DNA of 62,567 nucleotides, from IMG/VR virus record IMGVR_UViG_3300042924_005627, positions 1 to 62,567 of that record; one strand, given 5' to 3'. Under the pieces are notes generated by a model. That model did not search any database, was not told where the DNA came from, and worked only from the letters and a program-made list of their open reading frames with translations. Source of the stretch: a virus (taxonomy: Duplodnaviria > Caudoviricetes). Made by a program: the position numbers and the translations under genes. This document shows, piece by piece, positions 47,297 to 56,100 of the stretch; the first letter of the stretch is position 1, and every line of letters starts with the position of its first letter.

Positions 47297-47848
47297 ATGG
47301 CAGAACAACCAAAAGAATATTATGAAAAAAAACCAGGTTTTATAGTTAAATCTGGAACCCCAGACTTATCGGGAAAAGTAATAGACTATGCGGTATTCAC
47401 CGATTATGGTCAGGGATTTGAATATACACAAGATGGTCAACATAAACAACAATGTAGAAAAACTTCATATGAAGCCTGTGGACTAGATAATAAAGATGGT
47501 GAACCTGCTAAAATTATAAGAGCCAAAAAGGGTGATATTATTATTGAAGCCATGGACGGTGACATCATATTAAGAGGAAAAAATATTAGAGTTGTTGCTT
47601 TAGATGGAACTGGAGAAGTAACAGTAGTTTCAGGAAAACATTTTGCTGTAAATGCTCCTGTACAATCATTCAAAGGAAGCAATTCAAATACAGTAATGTC
47701 AAATAGTGCATCCACTGGAGCTCAAGCAACAGATACTACTGGAAATATCCAAAACAGTCAGACTTCTGGTGCAGAGGACAGTGAAGGATCGGTTTTAACT
47801 CGACTTTTAAATATTGCTAAAAAGTTCCAAAAATGGTTAGAATGTTAA
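47297..47848 (+). CDS. gp5 C-terminal beta-helix-like protein
   Basis: AKKGDIIIEAMDGDIILRGKNI beta-repeat; follows gp5. Confidence 0.55.
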   Translation: MAEQPKEYYEKKPGFIVKSGTPDLSGKVIDYAVFTDYGQGFEYTQDGQHKQQCRKTSYEACGLDNKDGEPAKIIRAKKGDIIIEAMDGDIILRGKNIRVVALDGTGEVTVVSGKHFAVNAPVQSFKGSNSNTVMSNSASTGAQATDTTGNIQNSQTSGAEDSEGSVLTRLLNIAKKFQKWLEC

Positions 47849-47858
47849 GAGGTGAAAT

Positions 47859-48728
47859 ATGCCTGCAGAACCCGTAAAGTATATTGGTGATAAACTCTGT
47901 GTAGGTCCATTAGATTACTCATTTCTACCCGCTGTTCCAGCAATACCAGGAACATCTGTTTTAAATGGACCTGTTTGGATTGGTGCTGGTGGACCTCAGA
48001 TCCCCACAGCCAATTGTATGATTGGCCCTGGATTGAATCCAATCTCTCTACAAGTTATTGGAATTGCCAATTTTTATTCAATCACCAATCAAATTGGAAT
48101 TAATAATAGAACTGGTCTAGCAAATATAACTGGGTATACACAAAAACTCGGAGCAAGTACAAAAGCCGCATTTTCGGGAACAACTGGATATAGTGCAAAG
48201 TCGGCTGTACAAACTACTGCTGGACCAAATTACGCTCAAGCATTTGCACAAACTCCTTTAGCAAAAGCTGCAGTAATTCTTGGGAACGTTTCAACAACTA
48301 CTGGAATTAATCCAACTCAAGCAGCAGCATTAGCAACAAAAAAACCCTTTGATATTAAACATCCCACAAAAGAAGGTTGGAGACTCAGACACGTTTGTGT
48401 GGAAGGACCAACCGCAGATGTTTATGTTAGGGGTATAATAGAAGACTCTGATATTATTGAACTACCAGATTATTGGACTGGTTTGGTTGATTCTGAAACA
48501 ATTACTATAAGTTTAACTCCTATCGGAGAATATCAAGAACTCTCTGCAAAATTATTAGAGTGTAATACGAAAATAAAAGTTTCTAATAATATGGGAGAGG
48601 TTGGAAAATATAGTTATCTTGTTTTTGGAGAAAGAAAGGACGTTGATCGAAATATTGCAGAGTATGAGGGATCATCTGTGGAAGATTATCCTGGCGACAA
48701 CACACAATATGGATTATTTACTTTATAA
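47859..48728 (+). CDS. tail fibre/spike-like protein with chaperone-like C-terminal domain
   Basis: K.FDIKHP...LRH.C.EGP..DVY.RG...LPDYW..LV...TP.G...ERKD. Confidence 0.6.
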   Translation: MPAEPVKYIGDKLCVGPLDYSFLPAVPAIPGTSVLNGPVWIGAGGPQIPTANCMIGPGLNPISLQVIGIANFYSITNQIGINNRTGLANITGYTQKLGASTKAAFSGTTGYSAKSAVQTTAGPNYAQAFAQTPLAKAAVILGNVSTTTGINPTQAAALATKKPFDIKHPTKEGWRLRHVCVEGPTADVYVRGIIEDSDIIELPDYWTGLVDSETITISLTPIGEYQELSAKLLECNTKIKVSNNMGEVGKYSYLVFGERKDVDRNIAEYEGSSVEDYPGDNTQYGLFTL

Positions 48729-48733
48729 TTATT

Positions 48734-49633
48734 ATGCCTGCAGAACCCGTAAAATATATTGGCGATAAACTAACAGTAGGTCCATTAGATTATTCATTCT
48801 TACCTGCTGTTCCAGCAATACCAGGAACAACTGTTCTGAACGGACCTGCATGGATTGGTGCTGGCGGTCCACCATTTCCTACAGCTAATTGTATGATTGG
48901 TCCTGGATTAAATCCCATTTCTTTACAGGTTATTGGTATATCTAATATTCCTGCAATTAATAATCAAATCGGTATATTCAATAGATCTGGTTTTGCCAAT
49001 ATTTTTGGGTACACCAATAAGACTGGTGCCGATATCAAAATGGCATTTTCCGCAACAACGGGATTCAGTGCAAAGGCAGCTGCACAAAGTACTGCTGGTC
49101 CATATTACGCTCAAGCATTCAAAGAAACTCCACTATTTAATGCAGCAGTATGGCAAGGAAATATGGCAACAACAAAAGCCATGAACGCCATGTTTCAAGC
49201 TGCTGTCCAATCAAAAAAACCTCTTGGATCTAAAAACTTTGATATTGAAAATCCCATAAAAAAGGGATGGAGGGTTCGTTATGTTTGTACAGAAGGTGCA
49301 ACAGCAGATGTTGTTGTTAAAGGTATTCTTAAAGATAATAACATCATAGAATTACCAGATTATTGGACTGGTTTAGTTCATACAGAAACAATTCACGCAA
49401 TACTAACTCCAATAGAACATCATCAAAAGTTGTTTTATAATCTTTCCGAGTGTGGAACTAAAATTATAGTTTCAAATGATTCAAATAATGAAATTCATTG
49501 TTATTATAAAGTATTTGCGGAAAGAAAAGATACTCCCAAAAATATTGTAGAATATAAAGGTTTGTCATATAACGATTATCCAGGAGATAATAAAGAATAT
49601 AGATTCTGGTTCAGCCCTGGAATATTCCCATAA
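48734..49633 (+). CDS. paralogue of 47859
   Basis: Near-identical first 68 aa; same C-terminal domain. Confidence 0.6.
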   Translation: MPAEPVKYIGDKLTVGPLDYSFLPAVPAIPGTTVLNGPAWIGAGGPPFPTANCMIGPGLNPISLQVIGISNIPAINNQIGIFNRSGFANIFGYTNKTGADIKMAFSATTGFSAKAAAQSTAGPYYAQAFKETPLFNAAVWQGNMATTKAMNAMFQAAVQSKKPLGSKNFDIENPIKKGWRVRYVCTEGATADVVVKGILKDNNIIELPDYWTGLVHTETIHAILTPIEHHQKLFYNLSECGTKIIVSNDSNNEIHCYYKVFAERKDTPKNIVEYKGLSYNDYPGDNKEYRFWFSPGIFP

Positions 49634-49673
49634 ATAAAATTACCATTACTTTTGATCGTAGTATTAACTAATT

Positions 49674-51341
49674 ATGGCTGGTATATCTACTGTTTTTATT
49701 GCAGAATTAAAAGAAGAACTTGAGTTCAAAAAGAAAGAAAGAGAACAATTGATGGATCAACTTGCATTATATGATGTAAGAATAGATCGTTATGATGCTG
49801 TTATTGAAAATATGGATAGATCCCTTTTTGGTATGTTATCCGAAATTAATACCGCGAATACTTCAGTTGCAACTGCTTATGAGGCCAGAGTTACCGCAGG
49901 ATGTAAAAGTGATTTAGCTTGGGTAGTAACTGGACAAACCAAAATCGGACTTCCGACAAAATATGGATTTGGTACGCAACAAATCAACACAACATATCAA
50001 GTTCAAAAAAATAAAGCAAATTATCAACAGTATGGTAAAACAGCAATAAAATATTATAGGAGACCAAAGAATCAGGACTATGGTTCTAATATTGTTTCTG
50101 AATTTTTTGGGACCATTAGTGTCGGAAGTACTGAAATAGCAATTGTCCAAACTGGTCTTGCTGGAACAGCAGGAATATTACTTGGAGATATTATTACAGA
50201 TGATCTAGAAAATCCAACAGCATTTGGTGTAGATGACCTTCCAACTATTGTTGGTTTTGGTCAGACTACGATAGTTATCGACACACAAATGTTTGGTGGA
50301 CAAACGACAATAGGATCTACTGTTATTGCTGCTACAGGAATTGGATCCACAGGAGGAATTTCTGAGGGTAATGGCATTATCGGTACTAGTGTTTTATCTC
50401 CAGGAACTACCGTAGTAGCTATTAGTACAACTCCATTTGAAATCGAATTATTTGATTTTGATTTTGGTGGTTTTATTACCACATCAGTTACAGTTCCGGC
50501 TTTAATTGTAAGTTCCCCAGCTTTAGCTGCAACAAGTATTAATTTTGCAGTGGGAGTTACGAGTTCATATTCCTCTTATTTCCTCAGTACAACTTGCGAT
50601 GTTGCTGTAGAAACCACTAATTTCACTGTCATTAGAACTACACAGTCAGTATTGGATGAATTTGATCCCTCAAATAATCCTATAGATCCAGTCACTGTAG
50701 GGATAATGAATGCCAGTACAGTTGGATATGGACATACCGTAGTTAGAGTTGCCAATCCCAATACTTCACCACCTGGACCATTTCAATGGAGAGAAGTTCT
50801 CGGTGATTATGATCCTGAACCTGCATGTGGAGGTGGATTTGAAGATTGGTATGAGGGTAATACTCAATGGCCTATAGTCATAACATATACATATGATACA
50901 GAGGGAGCATTACTTTCTCAAAGTAGTTCATATGCTCCAGAAGGAACTACTGTGGTAGTATCATCTGGATCTACAGTTCCGCCTAGGTATGGAATCGGAT
51001 ATACTGCAACTAGTTCCAATAATCCATCTTTCTCTGGTTGTGGTGCAAGGGACTCTACAATATCTAATGCAGAATCCACTAGAAATACACTTCTTTCAAG
51101 GTATCAAGTTAGTATAGATGAAACTCTCGCTGCATCCAATTCTTTAAGAAAACTTAGAGATAACTTAGAAGGTCAAGCATTTATTCTTTTACAGGGAAGA
51201 GCTGCTTGTGATGCAGAAATAGTCAGAATAACTAATCAAATTGCCAGTTTGGAATCAATAGATCTATCTGCATATGAACCAACAACAAATATAAACAAGA
51301 ATAAGTACACAAGTAGTACGGTAGGGGTTCCAACCAGTTGA
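49674..51341 (+). CDS. virion structural protein (coiled-coil ends, Thr/Gly-rich core)
   Basis: Composition; CATAAATA late motif at 49629. Confidence 0.6.
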   Translation: MAGISTVFIAELKEELEFKKKEREQLMDQLALYDVRIDRYDAVIENMDRSLFGMLSEINTANTSVATAYEARVTAGCKSDLAWVVTGQTKIGLPTKYGFGTQQINTTYQVQKNKANYQQYGKTAIKYYRRPKNQDYGSNIVSEFFGTISVGSTEIAIVQTGLAGTAGILLGDIITDDLENPTAFGVDDLPTIVGFGQTTIVIDTQMFGGQTTIGSTVIAATGIGSTGGISEGNGIIGTSVLSPGTTVVAISTTPFEIELFDFDFGGFITTSVTVPALIVSSPALAATSINFAVGVTSSYSSYFLSTTCDVAVETTNFTVIRTTQSVLDEFDPSNNPIDPVTVGIMNASTVGYGHTVVRVANPNTSPPGPFQWREVLGDYDPEPACGGGFEDWYEGNTQWPIVITYTYDTEGALLSQSSSYAPEGTTVVVSSGSTVPPRYGIGYTATSSNNPSFSGCGARDSTISNAESTRNTLLSRYQVSIDETLAASNSLRKLRDNLEGQAFILLQGRAACDAEIVRITNQIASLESIDLSAYEPTTNINKNKYTSSTVGVPTS

Positions 51342-51389
51342 AGAACTGTCACAGACCCCGTTGACACCCCCTTCACTTCTTGATATGAT
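51334..51389 (+). promoter_or_regulatory. early promoter with upstream CAGTT-N4-AACTGTCACA element
   Basis: CCAGTTGAAGAACTGTCACA then TTGACA-17-TATGAT with extended -10 TG. Confidence 0.75.
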
Positions 51390-51415
51390 GGCAGTGTTCT
51401 CTCAACCACCCTTAC

Positions 51416-51592
51416 ATGCAAGTTGATCGTGAAACACTGCAAGAACTTCGTGAATTTCAAGAAGATTGTGCATCCCACTTTGTTGATGAATATTTTCCGA
51501 TGAGTGGTGAACTCTATTGGACTATGGTAGAATGTCTTGCAACTGCAAAACTTGCAGAACTGCGTGGTGAGGTGGTTGCAGATGAAGTATAA
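51416..51592 (+). CDS. hypothetical protein (58 aa)
   Basis: Hand-translated MQVDRETLQELREFQED...SGELYWTMVECLATAKLAELRG. Confidence 0.7.
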   Translation: MQVDRETLQELREFQEDCASHFVDEYFPMSGELYWTMVECLATAKLAELRGEVVADEV

Positions 51593-51731
51593 GGTCCAAT
51601 ACCTTAAACCCAAGAAAAAGGGCCTTGCCAAACACGAAGCGGTATTCTACAATATAGAAGACGCAATGAGGTGGGAGTCTTACGTTAAGACCGAACTCAA
51701 TGTACAAAACCTGGAGATTGTACCAATCTAG
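51582..51731 (+). CDS. hypothetical protein
   Basis: MKYKVQYLKPKKKG...; internal ATG of track ORF 51537. Confidence 0.65.
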   Translation: MKYKVQYLKPKKKGLAKHEAVFYNIEDAMRWESYVKTELNVQNLEIVPI

Positions 51732-51732
51732 T

Positions 51733-51942
51733 ATGAATCCACTCAAAATCAGTTACAAAAATCTTTATGAATATCCAGTGAAAACCACTCCAGAAAATGT
51801 TCGTGAAGCTAATGAAGGATTATTTCATGCGAAGATGACTTTACCTGCTGCTGCAAAACACTGTGGAATGACTCAAAAAGAAATGAAGTTGACATTCTTT
51901 GAGTACTTGAAGTATAATCCTAAAACCTACAAAATCGAGTAG
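51733..51942 (+). CDS. hypothetical protein (possible HTH)
   Basis: MTLPAAAKHCGMTQKEMK. Confidence 0.65.
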   Translation: MNPLKISYKNLYEYPVKTTPENVREANEGLFHAKMTLPAAAKHCGMTQKEMKLTFFEYLKYNPKTYKIE

Positions 51943-51950
51943 GTTCTCAT

Positions 51951-52022
51951 GGGACTGTCGCCTATTGGTTAAGGCCCACTGCTTATAACGGTGTGAATGG
52001 AGTTCAATTCTCCACAGTCCTA
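51951..52022 (+). tRNA. tRNA-Ile(UAU)
   Basis: GGGACTG/CAGTCCT acceptor; CACTG-CTTATAA-CGGTG anticodon arm; TGGAG-TTCAATT-CTCCA T arm. Confidence 0.88.
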
Positions 52023-52027
52023 CCTAA

Positions 52028-52112
52028 GGGAGCGTGACGTAATTGGTAGCCGTATCGGACTTAAAATCCGCTGGATGTATAATCCGTGGGGGTTCGACTC
52101 CCCCCGCTCCTA
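52028..52112 (+). tRNA. tRNA-Leu(UAA)
   Basis: GGGAGCG/CGCTCCT acceptor; CGGA-CTTAAAA-TCCG; long variable arm; GGGGG-TTCGACT-CCCCC. Confidence 0.92.
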
Positions 52113-52135
52113 TCAGTATACATAGTATACTAGTT

Positions 52136-52207
52136 GCCCTTGTAGCTCAGTGGTAGAGCAACGGTTTTGTAAACCGTTGGTCGCTGGTTCAAATCCAGTC
52201 GGGGGCT
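52136..52207 (+). tRNA. tRNA-Thr(UGU)
   Basis: GCCCTTG/CGGGGGC acceptor; TAGCTCAGTGGTAGAGC D arm; ACGGT-TTTGTAA-ACCGT; GCTGG-TTCAAAT-CCAGT. Confidence 0.93.
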
Positions 52208-52225
52208 TGAGTAATTAAAATATCC

Positions 52226-52390
52226 ATGATCATAAATCTCTGGCACAATCAAGAAATGGATCAATGGAGATGGACTCTAACAGATCCACAAACAATGGAT
52301 CAACATGCTGGAGGCCAAAAAGATTTACGTGGTGCTATGCATGACGTTGCAAATACTGTAGAATATATTGTGAATTCAAAACAAAAGTAA
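52226..52390 (+). CDS. hypothetical protein (54 aa)
   Basis: Hand-translated MIINLWHNQEMDQWRWTL...AM.DVANTVEY. Confidence 0.65.
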   Translation: MIINLWHNQEMDQWRWTLTDPQTMDQHAGGQKDLRGAMHDVANTVEYIVNSKQK

Positions 52391-52403
52391 GTAATTATAC
52401 TCA

Positions 52404-53015
52404 GTGAAAAGTCAGTTTTACATAGATAGAGTTGGTAAGGATGACATTAAAGATCTTCTTTATACTCATCACTATCTAAAAGACGAATCAAAAGACTTTA
52501 AATCTGGATATAATTATGGGCTTTTCAGACATACTGAATGGGAATGTCCCCTTAGAATTGGCAGGTGTCTTGGCGCTTGCGTTTTTACTGGTCTCCCAGT
52601 ACCAGAAATAGCTGTAGGTGCATTTGGTCTCCAAAGAGATGAACAAGAAGGTTTATTTGAACTTTCTCGTTTATGTATAGACCCAGTGCTTCAGAAAGAA
52701 GAATATAATATTACTTCATGGTTCGTTAGTCGTTGCATTAAGAGGTTTAGGAAAGATGCCACAGTTTCTGCTATTCTTAGTTACGCTGACTCTGATCACC
52801 ACACTGGAACTATATACAGAGCTTGTAATTTTACTTACTACGGTCTAACTGATCCAAAAAAAGACTTTTATTATTCTGATGGAACCAAACATTCTAGAGG
52901 TAGTATTAGGAATGCTGATGGTGAGTGGAGGAATCGCTCTCGTAAACATCGGTATCTTATGGTTTTCGAAAAGGAATTAAAAGAAAGGCTTGCCTGGAAG
53001 GAAGTTCAGTGGTAA
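52404..53015 (+). CDS. Mom-like DNA modification protein (GNAT-like fold)
   Basis: HHYL, ELSRLC, SWFVSR, ILSYAD..H.GTIY.ACNF.Y.G, KHRY. Confidence 0.75.
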   Translation: MKSQFYIDRVGKDDIKDLLYTHHYLKDESKDFKSGYNYGLFRHTEWECPLRIGRCLGACVFTGLPVPEIAVGAFGLQRDEQEGLFELSRLCIDPVLQKEEYNITSWFVSRCIKRFRKDATVSAILSYADSDHHTGTIYRACNFTYYGLTDPKKDFYYSDGTKHSRGSIRNADGEWRNRSRKHRYLMVFEKELKERLAWKEVQW

Positions 53016-53023
53016 TATTATAA

Positions 53024-53100
53024 CTGGTGATACTAAGACACCAGCGACAAATCCCTTCCGTGTGAACTTTAAAACCTCCTCATTAAGAGGAGGTTTTTTA
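53024..53100 (+). ncRNA. candidate small RNA (about 75 nt)
   Basis: TTGCCT-17-TAATAT promoter (52990-53018); CTGGTG/CACCAG hairpin; CU-rich linker; terminator. Confidence 0.4.
53071..53100 (+). terminator. rho-independent terminator
   Basis: AAAACCTCCTC-ATTAA-GAGGAGGTTTTTT. Confidence 0.88.
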
Positions 53101-53146
53101 GTGTCTAAATATAAAAAGAATAAATTTGTCACTGTAGGAAACCAAG

Positions 53147-56100
53147 ATGCCGCTAAGTAGATTAGAGAATTTCCTAAAAAATGCTGAGGGTAATATCCTA
53201 TATGTTAACCCTTCTGATTTTGACGCTACTGACAGTATTGAAAATAGAGGTAACTCATTAACGAGACCATTTAGAACTATCCAAAGAGCTGTTTTAGAGG
53301 CAGCAAGATTTTCATATCTGGTAGGAAGAAATAACGATAAAATTGATACAACAACTATTCTAGTTTATCCAGGTGTTCACTATATTGATAATAGACCTGG
53401 ACATTCAATTACAAATCAGAGTGGCACTGCAGAATTTAAAAGATATTTAAACGGGTCTTGGACCACATCTGGCGCTACATTATCGGAATTTACCTTAAAC
53501 TCTAATTTCGATATCTTTGATGAAGATAACGATTTACACAAATACAACTCTACGGAAGGTGGTGTAGTTCTACCTAGAGGTACTTCTATTGTTGGTTTGG
53601 ATCTTAGGAAAACTAAACTAAGGCCAATGTATGTGCCTGATCCACTGAATGATAACGTAGATCCTACATCTATTTTCAGAGTTACAGGCACTTGTTACTT
53701 TACGGCATTCAGTATTTTTGATGCTGATCCACAAAGAGCTTGTTATAAAGATTCTACAGGAAGAAAGGTTGTCCCAAATTATTCACACCATAAACTAACT
53801 TGTTTTGAATACGCAGATGGCATCAATCAAGTTAAGTTAGGTTCGGAACATACAGGTCTCACCGACTTGGAAATGTATTACTATAAGGTTTCATACGCTT
53901 ATGGTGATACTTCTGGAAGAGGTATTCCAAATTATCCCGTAAATAATACTTCGGACTTTGAACCATCCATTGATGAATACAGAATCGTTGGAGATCTTCG
54001 TGCAGATCCTATTGGTATCACGAGTATCAAATCTGGTAATGGTATTGTACCATCCACAACTATTACAGTAACCACTTCTGCTCCACATAATTTATTTAAA
54101 GATACTCCAGTTCTAATTACTGGAATTACAACAAGTGTCGATGAATATAACGGTTCTTTCTTAGTCAGTGATGTAATAAGTGCAACTGAGTTTAAATACG
54201 TTGCTCCAGCAACTCCGGTAATTGCTCTACCAACTTCTGGACAAATTCTTAATGCCAGAACTATTGTAGAATCTGATAGTGTATCTTCTGCATCTCCATA
54301 TATTTTCTCATGTACATTAAGATCCGTTTATGGTATGAACGGACTTCATGCTGATGGTAGCAAAGCAACAGGATTTAAGTCCATGTTGACTGCCCAATTT
54401 ACTGGAATTTCCCTACAAAAGGATGATAATGCTTTCCTATTGTATGATTCGGAAACTGGAATATACAATGAAAATCTGACTGTTGACGACGCAGATAAAC
54501 CACTCCACACCAACTCCAGAGCAATTTATAGGCCTGGTTGGGAAAACTTCCACATGAAGTGTAGTAATAATTCTATTCTTCAGTGTGTTTCTATTTTCGC
54601 AATCGGATTCGCTAGACACTTCGTTGCAGAGTCTGGTGGTGACCAATCTATTACTAACTCAAACTCAAACTTTGGTGCAGTTTCTTTAGAGGCTGTTGGA
54701 TTTAGACCAGAGTCCTTTGATAGAGATGACGTTGGATATATTACCCATGTTATTCCTCCTAGAGAGTTAATCTTTAGAGAAACTAACGTAACTTGGCTTC
54801 CTCTTGATGTTAATAAAATAATTTCTGCAGGTAATACCGCAAGACTTTATATCTCTGGATATGACAGTGCGGACATTGCTCCTCCTTCCCAGATTGACTC
54901 CTACAGAATTGGTGCCAAAGAAAACGAAGAGTTGTATCTTTCTGTAATTATTGGATCTCAACAAAACAACTTTAAAGCTCCTATTTTGATGCAGGTTCCC
55001 AGTGGAATCGGAACTTCATCTAAAAAAGTATATACAGTTGGTAGAAATTCTGGAATTAATAGTATTACATCAAATATTTTAACTCTACAATCAAATCACC
55101 AATTTTTTAATGGAGAAAAAGTAAGAGTATTAAGTGATAATGGAGATCTTCCAGAAAACTTATCTCCAGATAAAATTTACTATGTTTCCACCAGTGGATT
55201 ATCCGCAAATCAAATCAGATTATCTTCCACTCTGAATGATGCCAACTCTGGAAATACTATTTCTGGAATTTCAAATGGTGGTGGAAGATTAGAGGTAATT
55301 AGTTACGTCTCCGACAAACGCCCAGGAGATGCTGGTCACCCAATACAATATGATAGTACGATAAGTAATTGGTATATTCAAAGTACCCCTGTTACAGTAT
55401 TCAACACTGTTTACACCGGTATCGTAGGAATTGGATCAACTACATTAGGAAATCAAACTGGATCGACTTTTATCACTAGAAGAATTGATAATAGAGGTTT
55501 AGACGATAGAATTTATAAGTTCCGTTATGTTATCCCAAAAGAATTTGTAGATGCTAGACCACCAACTGATGGATTTGTTCTTCAAGAATCAAAATCTGTA
55601 GGTATTTCTAGTGTATCTTACTTGACATCTGCTCTGACAGACGTAACTCAACTAAGAAATCCAAAAATTATTAAGACCATCACCTATTCTTCTGGAAGTG
55701 CATTTGTAAAGACAGAACTTCCACATAATTTAGTTATTGGTGATACTGTAAAAATTTCAAATGTAGTAAGTTCCGCTCAAACTGTAGCATCCTATAATGG
55801 ATCATTTGAAGTTATTTCAGTAACAAATTCCAAAGAATTTTCTGTAGGTGGATTTGATGCTAGCCCAGGAACATTTTTAAATCAAACCAATCAAAGATCC
55901 ACTCAACAACAAATTGAAGCTTTACCAACAATACAAAAAGAAAAGTCTAGAGAAAGTATATACATTTATAGAAGTCAAGAAGTTAAACCATTTATTCCTG
56001 GCGCTGGTGGACAAGACGGAATCTACAATATTATTGCACTATCTGGTAGTATTAGACCAAATTCTAATGTTGGATTTGGTTTAAGTAATACAAATTTCAA

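Noticed and set aside
47859-49633. Diversity-generating retroelement template/variable repeats
   Set aside because: No reverse transcriptase; differences are not adenine-specific; both copies are intact genes.
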